Of a stretch of 64,000 nucleotides of DNA, positions 59,867-64,000 are shown piece after piece (position 1 is the stretch's first letter; each line of letters begins with the position of its first letter). The position numbers and the translations under genes are program-made. The DNA lies in assembly GCA_030429835.1 (NCBI GenBank), contig JAUIGC010000002.1:524-64523 (forward strand). The letters are read 5' to 3'. This stretch comes from Bacteroidia bacterium. Lineage in GTDB: Bacteria > Bacteroidota > Bacteroidia > Flavobacteriales > Flavobacteriaceae. The notes under the pieces were generated by a model, which was not told the DNA's origin, did no database searches, and was given only the letters and a program-made list of their open reading frames with translations.

Positions 59867-61196
59867 GTTGCACTTAATTATTAAAAGGGAATACTTGGCA
59901 AAGGTTAGGAACAAATCATTTGTGATAATGACCTTTCTTAGTCCTTTTCTAATGGTAGGTATGATTGTTCTCATATCCTATCTTACAAAGCTCAACGATA
60001 ATGAAAAAAGGGTAATTGCAGTTTTAAATGAAAGTGATTTCTTCTCCAATGAGTTTATAACTTCAGAAAGTACATCCTTTGTAAAGTTCAGGGATATGTC
60101 CTTGGAACAGGCCAAGGATTCCACAATGAACATGGGCTACTATGGTTTGGTATATTTACCCAATGAATCTAATTTGGAGACTGTAAGCCAACGTTCCTTT
60201 TTTTATAGTAAGGAGGCGCCTAGTACCAATACCCTGGAACGTTTGGAAAGGATTTTTAAGGAGCGGTTGAAGCAGGAAAGACTGCGGGAATTTGGTATAT
60301 CCGCAAGTGAATATGCTGAAATGGACAGTGAATATGAGTTGAATATTTCAACATTTGACGGGGAGCATAACCTAAAGGGTATAAATGAGATAAAGGCAAT
60401 AATTGGCGGAGGTTTTGGTTACCTGATCATGATGTTCATTATCATATATGGGGGGTTCGTAATGCGTAGTGTAATAGAGGAAAAAACCAGCCGGATCATT
60501 GAGGTTATCATTTCTTCGGTAAAGCCATTTCAGTTAATGCTAGGTAAAATTATTGGCACCTCATTGGCAGGTATTACGCAGTTTGGAATATGGATCATTT
60601 CCGGGTGTGTTCTATTATTGGTTTCTATGTCTATTTTTAATATAGATCCTTCTGATATTTCCAAGGGAGGTATGGGTCCTGGAATGGGTAATGCGCCCAA
60701 TTCCATTTTAGAATCGGCGGACTCTTCTTTACTATTGTACGCACAAGAAATTTTAGATATACCATGGGTACTTTTAATTTTGTTTTTCGTTATTTACTTT
60801 GTATTGGGATATTTGATATATAGCTCAATTTATGCAGCAATAGGTGCGGCGGTGGATAACGAAACGGATACTCAACAATTTATATTCCCAATAATATTGC
60901 CATTGATGTTGGCAATTTACGTTGGGTTCTTTTCGGTATTTAGTAATCCGCATGGACCCATTGCTGTTGGGTTTTCTTTATTTCCCTTAACGTCCCCCAT
61001 TGTTATGATGATGCGACTTCCCGGCGGTATAGGGGAAGGCGGTGTTCCCGTTTGGCAATTGGTTTCCTCAATTTTGATATTAATAATTACCTTTATTGGT
61101 ATCGTTTGGCTGGCGGCCAAAATCTACAGGGTTGGAATACTAATGTATGGTAAAAAGCCCAGTTATAAAGAGTTGGTGAAATGGCTTAAATATTGA
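59859..61196 (+). CDS. ABC-2 type permease (NatB/YhaP-like)
   Basis: IIKREY..KV, SVIEEKTSRIIEVI.SSV, GKIIG, PLTSP..M..R, KIYRVGILMYG. Confidence 0.9.
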   Translation: MSKLHLIIKREYLAKVRNKSFVIMTFLSPFLMVGMIVLISYLTKLNDNEKRVIAVLNESDFFSNEFITSESTSFVKFRDMSLEQAKDSTMNMGYYGLVYLPNESNLETVSQRSFFYSKEAPSTNTLERLERIFKERLKQERLREFGISASEYAEMDSEYELNISTFDGEHNLKGINEIKAIIGGGFGYLIMMFIIIYGGFVMRSVIEEKTSRIIEVIISSVKPFQLMLGKIIGTSLAGITQFGIWIISGCVLLLVSMSIFNIDPSDISKGGMGPGMGNAPNSILESADSSLLLYAQEILDIPWVLLILFFVIYFVLGYLIYSSIYAAIGAAVDNETDTQQFIFPIILPLMLAIYVGFFSVFSNPHGPIAVGFSLFPLTSPIVMMMRLPGGIGEGGVPVWQLVSSILILIITFIGIVWLAAKIYRVGILMYGKKPSYKELVKWLKY

Positions 61197-61198
61197 TC

Positions 61199-62119
61199 AT
61201 GGCTCAAGAAGAAGCGGAAAAAATAAAAGAAATTATAGAGAATGATATATGGGGTTCCATAAAGGAGTTTTTGAACTTAGGGTTTCATTATACATCTGGT
61301 GATAAGTCTATAGATGTAACCATAGGTTTATTATTGCTTTTAACCGCGGCTTTTGTCACGACCAGCTTTTTTCTTCAGTGGATTCGAAGATTTTTTACCA
61401 GAAAAATGGAGGCCGATGATAAGCTAAAGTTTATCAGCATCTTCAAATTCATTAAGTATGTAGTCTACATCTTGGTAATTCTTTTTACCATGAGTGCGGC
61501 GGGTATTGATATTACGATATTAATTACGGCCTCGGCTGCCCTATTTGTTGGACTTGGACTTGCATTGCAGGAGCTTTTTCAGGATATCATCGGTGGTATT
61601 TTTATTATCGTGGACAAATCTTTAAGGGTAGGTGATATCATTGAGGTAAATGGTAGGGTAGGTAAGGTCTTTGAAATAAAATTGCGGACAACGAGGGCCA
61701 TAACCAGGGATGACAAGATTATTATTATCCCAAATCATCATTTTATAAGTGAAATCGTTTACAATTACACGCAAAACCATAGGACTACTAGGGAAAATGT
61801 AAAAGTTGGGGTTGCATATGGCAGTGATGTTCAATTGGTCACTAGTATTTTGGAATCCGTAGTCAAGGACCAGAGAGGTGTGTTGAAAAGTCCAAAACCA
61901 TTCGTTCTTTTTGAAGATTTCGGCGATTCAGCATTACTGTTTTCCTTGAATTTTTATATAAGTGATAGTTTCTCCGATCCAAGATTAAAAAGTGAGCTGC
62001 GTTATAAAATCGATGCGGCCTTTAGGAAAAACAATATTACGATACCATTCCCACAAAGGGATGTCCATATTTTTCAACAAACTCCTTTTATACATAGTAA
62101 TGTCCAAAAAGATAATTAG
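61199..62119 (+). CDS. Small-conductance mechanosensitive channel (MscS family)
   Basis: GLGLALQ, VGDIIEV, IIIPN, VGVAYGSD, FGDSAL, I.IPFPQRDVH. Confidence 0.93.
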   Translation: MAQEEAEKIKEIIENDIWGSIKEFLNLGFHYTSGDKSIDVTIGLLLLLTAAFVTTSFFLQWIRRFFTRKMEADDKLKFISIFKFIKYVVYILVILFTMSAAGIDITILITASAALFVGLGLALQELFQDIIGGIFIIVDKSLRVGDIIEVNGRVGKVFEIKLRTTRAITRDDKIIIIPNHHFISEIVYNYTQNHRTTRENVKVGVAYGSDVQLVTSILESVVKDQRGVLKSPKPFVLFEDFGDSALLFSLNFYISDSFSDPRLKSELRYKIDAAFRKNNITIPFPQRDVHIFQQTPFIHSNVQKDN

Positions 62120-62121
62120 AA

Positions 62122-62997
62122 ATGAAGGGCAAATATAGTTGGGCCTTCGTTTTTGTACTTGTGGTACACTTTGCAAATTGGGGGCAAACCCCAGATGTTT
62201 TCCGGGCGGAGTATATGTTGATGCCAGAGAACAAGGCGGGAGTAGAAACTTCTAGGATTAAATTGTTGGCGAATTTTCCCATTGCCGTCAGAAATAAAAG
62301 GGATTTTATTGTTTTGGGAAGCGAGTATAATCGGTATAATTTTGAAGTGCCGGATACACTGTTCGCAAATTCAGGGGATTTGAGAAAATTGCATGTATTG
62401 GACCTTAATTTCGCCTATGTATATAAACTGACCGAAGAATGGAGAATGGTTGGGGTAGTCACACCCAGATGGTCCTCAAATTTTGTAAAGGAGCTTCAAG
62501 AGGACGATTTTAATATTAATTATACGGTTGGTGCCTATCAGGATAAAAAGAACATAGAAAAGCCTTTTCGCCTAGTCTTGGGACTCTCCTATAATTCGAA
62601 CTCACCGGTACAAGTACCGTTGCCGGTTCTTTACTACGAAAAGCGCTTCCATCCCAATTGGTCCTATATTTTGGGAGTTCCAAAATCCGGCATGAAATAT
62701 TTTACGCCCAAAGGGCATTTTTTTCAAACCGAATTGTTTGTAGATGGTTATTACGTCAACATACAGAACAATATTTTGCTTGCGGGAAACACTTTATCGA
62801 CTGATGTGTCCTATACGGCATTATTATTGACTCTTGGATATCAATACAAAATCACCAAGGATATGTCCGTTTATCTGGTAGGTGGCCATTCCCTTTTTCA
62901 AAATGGGGCTCTTAGGGATAATGATAGAAAGGATATCTTTACGTTGAATGACGAAGCAGGTTTTTATTTTAGAACCGGTTTTAGAATAGGAATTTAA
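62122..62997 (+). CDS. Outer-membrane beta-barrel protein (DUF6268-like)
   Basis: Signal peptide, alternating beta strands, PLP..YY, C-terminal FYFRTGFRIGI. Confidence 0.6.
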   Translation: MKGKYSWAFVFVLVVHFANWGQTPDVFRAEYMLMPENKAGVETSRIKLLANFPIAVRNKRDFIVLGSEYNRYNFEVPDTLFANSGDLRKLHVLDLNFAYVYKLTEEWRMVGVVTPRWSSNFVKELQEDDFNINYTVGAYQDKKNIEKPFRLVLGLSYNSNSPVQVPLPVLYYEKRFHPNWSYILGVPKSGMKYFTPKGHFFQTELFVDGYYVNIQNNILLAGNTLSTDVSYTALLLTLGYQYKITKDMSVYLVGGHSLFQNGALRDNDRKDIFTLNDEAGFYFRTGFRIGI

Positions 62998-63008
62998 AAG
63001 AAAGAATT

Positions 63009-64000
63009 ATGTCAAAGATTTTAGTTATTGAAGATGAAGCTGCAATTAGAAGGGTTTTGGTAAAAATCTTATCTGAGGAAAGTGATAGCTATAAAGTGGA
63101 AGAAGCAGAAGATGGACTAAAGGGATTGGAAACCATAAAAAACAATGACTATGACCTAGTGCTTTGCGATATTAAAATGCCCAAAATGGATGGGGTCGAA
63201 GTTTTGGAGGCAGCTAGGAAAATAAAACCTGAGATTCCTTTTATAATGATTTCTGGCCATGGGGATTTGGATACCGCGGTGAATACCATGCGACTTGGAG
63301 CGTTTGACTATATTTCTAAACCGCCTGATTTAAATAGGTTATTGACTACCGTTAGGAATGCCTTGGACAAAAAGGATTTGGTGGCGGAAAATAAGATTCT
63401 AAAGAAAATAGTAAGCAAGAATTATGAGATGGTGGGAGAAAGCGAAGAAATTTCTGCCATTAAGGATATTATAGAAAAAGTTGCCCCTACAGATGCCAGA
63501 GTACTTATTACAGGTTCCAATGGAACTGGAAAGGAATTGGTGGCACACTGGTTGCACGAGAAAAGCGCCAGGAGCAAGGCACCATTCATTGAGGTCAATT
63601 GCGCGGCAATTCCATCGGAATTAATAGAAAGTGAACTGTTCGGTCATGTAAAAGGGGCATTTACTTCTGCGGTCAAGGATAGGGCGGGAAAATTTGAGGC
63701 GGCCAATAAAGGCACCATATTTTTGGACGAAATAGGGGATATGAGCCTTTCGGCACAGGCAAAAGTACTTAGGGCCTTACAGGAGAATAAAATTTCTAGG
63801 GTCGGGACAGATAAGGATATCAAGGTAGACGTTAGGGTATTGGCGGCAACCAATAAAAACCTACAGAAGGAAATTGAAGAAGGCAATTTTCGTGAGGATC
63901 TATACCATAGGCTTGCCGTAATTTTGATCAAAGTGCCTAGCCTTAATGAAAGAAGGGACGACATTCCCTTATTGATCGAGCACTTTTCCAAGAAAATAAC
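63009..64000 (+). CDS. NtrC/NtrX-like response regulator (REC + AAA+), 3'-truncated by the window edge; missing from the ORF track
   Basis: MSKILVIEDE, LCDIKMPKMDG, ISGHG, VLITGSNGTGKEL, NCAAIP.ELIESELFGH.KGAFTSA, TIFLDEIGD, FREDLYHRL. Confidence 0.93.
   Translation, partial: MSKILVIEDEAAIRRVLVKILSEESDSYKVEEAEDGLKGLETIKNNDYDLVLCDIKMPKMDGVEVLEAARKIKPEIPFIMISGHGDLDTAVNTMRLGAFDYISKPPDLNRLLTTVRNALDKKDLVAENKILKKIVSKNYEMVGESEEISAIKDIIEKVAPTDARVLITGSNGTGKELVAHWLHEKSARSKAPFIEVNCAAIPSELIESELFGHVKGAFTSAVKDRAGKFEAANKGTIFLDEIGDMSLSAQAKVLRALQENKISRVGTDKDIKVDVRVLAATNKNLQKEIEEGNFREDLYHRLAVILIKVPSLNERRDDIPLLIEHFSKKI

Noticed and set aside
63644-63991. 115-aa minus-strand ORF
   Set aside because: Shadow of the plus-strand response regulator that runs off the window end

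Overview
AT-rich chromosomal window from a Bacteroidetes, most likely a marine Flavobacteriaceae (SusC/SusD, a T9SS type-B cargo protein, TAnnTTTG promoters). Most of it is housekeeping (apt, purM, prfA, pyrF, purU, ilvE, grpE-dnaJ, fluC, tRNA-Arg) and nitrogen assimilation (divergent GSII/GSIII; PII-AmtB-porin). There are three accessory blocks: five tandem paralogous secreted proteins (7.8-15.9 kb), a Bacteroidetes-type curli locus (20.0-26.0 kb), and a glycosidase-free SusCD locus with a membrane-anchored AraC regulator (35.9-43.8 kb). The most novel signal is non-coding. Two homologous ~95-nt structured RNAs (about 35345-35465 and 42045-42156, minus strand, 6S-Flavo-like) flank the SusCD operon. 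Each, like susC itself, lies behind a copy of the same upstream box at identical spacing to a -7 TTTG element, which suggests an AraC-driven regulon producing both a transporter and twin ncRNAs. Other unexplained structure: an exactly 168-bp-periodic array of tRNA-Arg 3'-end copies, an ACCC-N12-GGGT palindrome shared by the nitrogen operons, a triple BlaI operator and two further sRNA candidates. All calls come from reading the sequence; no searches were run.
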